A DNA stretch of 58,848 nt from a virus (Duplodnaviria > Caudoviricetes), in the IMG/VR virus record IMGVR_UViG_3300045974_000247, positions 1 through 58,848 of that record. One strand, given 5' to 3'. Each line of letters begins with the position of its first letter. The stretch's first letter is position 1. This document shows, one piece after another, positions 58,165 to 58,848 of this stretch. The position numbers were made by a program, and so were the translations under genes. The notes under the pieces were generated by a model. The model saw nothing but the letters and a program-made list of their open reading frames with translations. It was not told the origin of the DNA and searched no databases.

Positions 58165-58202
58165 GGCGTTGCTCCTTGGTAGGTAGGGAAGGGGTTGAAC
58201 GA

Positions 58203-58421
58203 CTAGGCGTTGCGGATGTTGTAGAAGACGCCGCAGGTCGCGCAGCGGATGACGTTGCCGGAGCCCAGCTGTCCGGACTGGGCGATGTCCTCGCCGCAGC
58301 CTTCGCACTGATTCGACTCGACCATCCGGAAGGTCTTGCCGTTGGTCCAGAAGTACAGCGCCTCTCCTCCGACGCGGATGTACAGCTCAGCGGGCTTGCT
58401 CGTGTCGATCATCTTGGCCAT
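58203..58421 (-). CDS. Small Zn-ribbon protein, first early gene
   Basis: CEGCG...CATCG; RBS AGGAG. Confidence 0.6.
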   Translation of the reverse strand: MAKMIDTSKPAELYIRVGGEALYFWTNGKTFRMVESNQCEGCGEDIAQSGQLGSGNVIRCATCGVFYNIRNA

Positions 58422-58439
58422 GTTCGCTCCTGGTAGGTT

Positions 58440-58721
58440 GAACGGGTTTGCTTCGGGACTTCGATCAGCCCACCCTCCGAGAGGAGAGGAGGCTGACCGA
58501 AGGGGCGAGTGATCTCACCCCAGGGGTCTGGCGCGGCTGAACTCCCTTGCGAGGAGTCTGACTGGCGCCCAAGGTCTTGCGGGTCAACGGTCACTCCGTT
58601 GAAGCCCTGCTCTGGATCATCCTCCGTAGCTCTGTTGCGAACCGCTGACTGGTCGGCTGAGCTTGACGCTCACCGTTTCAGAAGTCCATACGAGGATGCG
58701 AGCAACCTTGCCTGCCGCTCT
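58440..58721 (-). ncRNA. Putative long structured leader/ncRNA, 3' part
   Basis: Minus-strand hairpins such as acuccuc-GCAA-gggagu, ugagc-gucaa-gcuca, ucaacgg-aguga-ccguuga; no credible ORF. Confidence 0.45.
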
Positions 58722-58848
58722 CGTGGCAGGGACGCACCGTGTCGTGGTGAGACGCGCTTTCGCGTATTCGATAGCTCAGAAGCTCGGAAGGTCACCGCTG
58801 ACCTTGCAGAGAATCGAAGACCGCCATTCGTACTCAGCCGCCTCTCGG
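58722..58848. repeat. Terminal direct repeat, right copy
   Basis: Identical to 1-127. Confidence 0.9.

Noticed and set aside
58722-58848. 127-bp terminal repeat as a biological DTR
   Set aside because: Length equals a typical assembler k-mer, and the HNH/P27/HK97 terminase module predicts cos ends near 19.8 kb

Overview
The window is an apparently complete, circularly assembled genome (~58.7 kb) of a high-GC tailed dsDNA phage (siphovirus-type). Bases 1-127 are identical to 58722-58848, most likely an assembler overlap. There are three blocks. (i) Minus strand, ~883-18770: replication and DNA modification genes (SNF2 helicase, VRR-NUC, hemerythrin, PD-(D/E)XK nuclease, family A DNA polymerase, SSB-like protein, HD hydrolase, YuA/M6-type dUMP hydroxymethylase, aGPT-Pplase1, a UDP-sugar dehydrogenase/epimerase/deacetylase/glycosyltransferase set, primase-helicase). 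(ii) Plus strand, ~19186-50059: HNH, cos-type terminase, HK97-like head, non-contractile tail, GTA-like tail tip and lysis genes. (iii) Minus strand, ~50621-58421: small early-type genes punctuated by conserved RNA-like hairpins and preceded by a long structured non-coding leader that spans the contig ends. No integrase, repressor, tRNA or CRISPR array was recognised. The best candidate for a new system is a thymidine hypermodification pathway that appears to glycosylate 5hmdU with an amino-uronic sugar. It is accompanied by a genome-wide signature in which GATC survives almost only next to T (TGATC/GATCA). Family assignments come from motif recognition by eye, not database searches.
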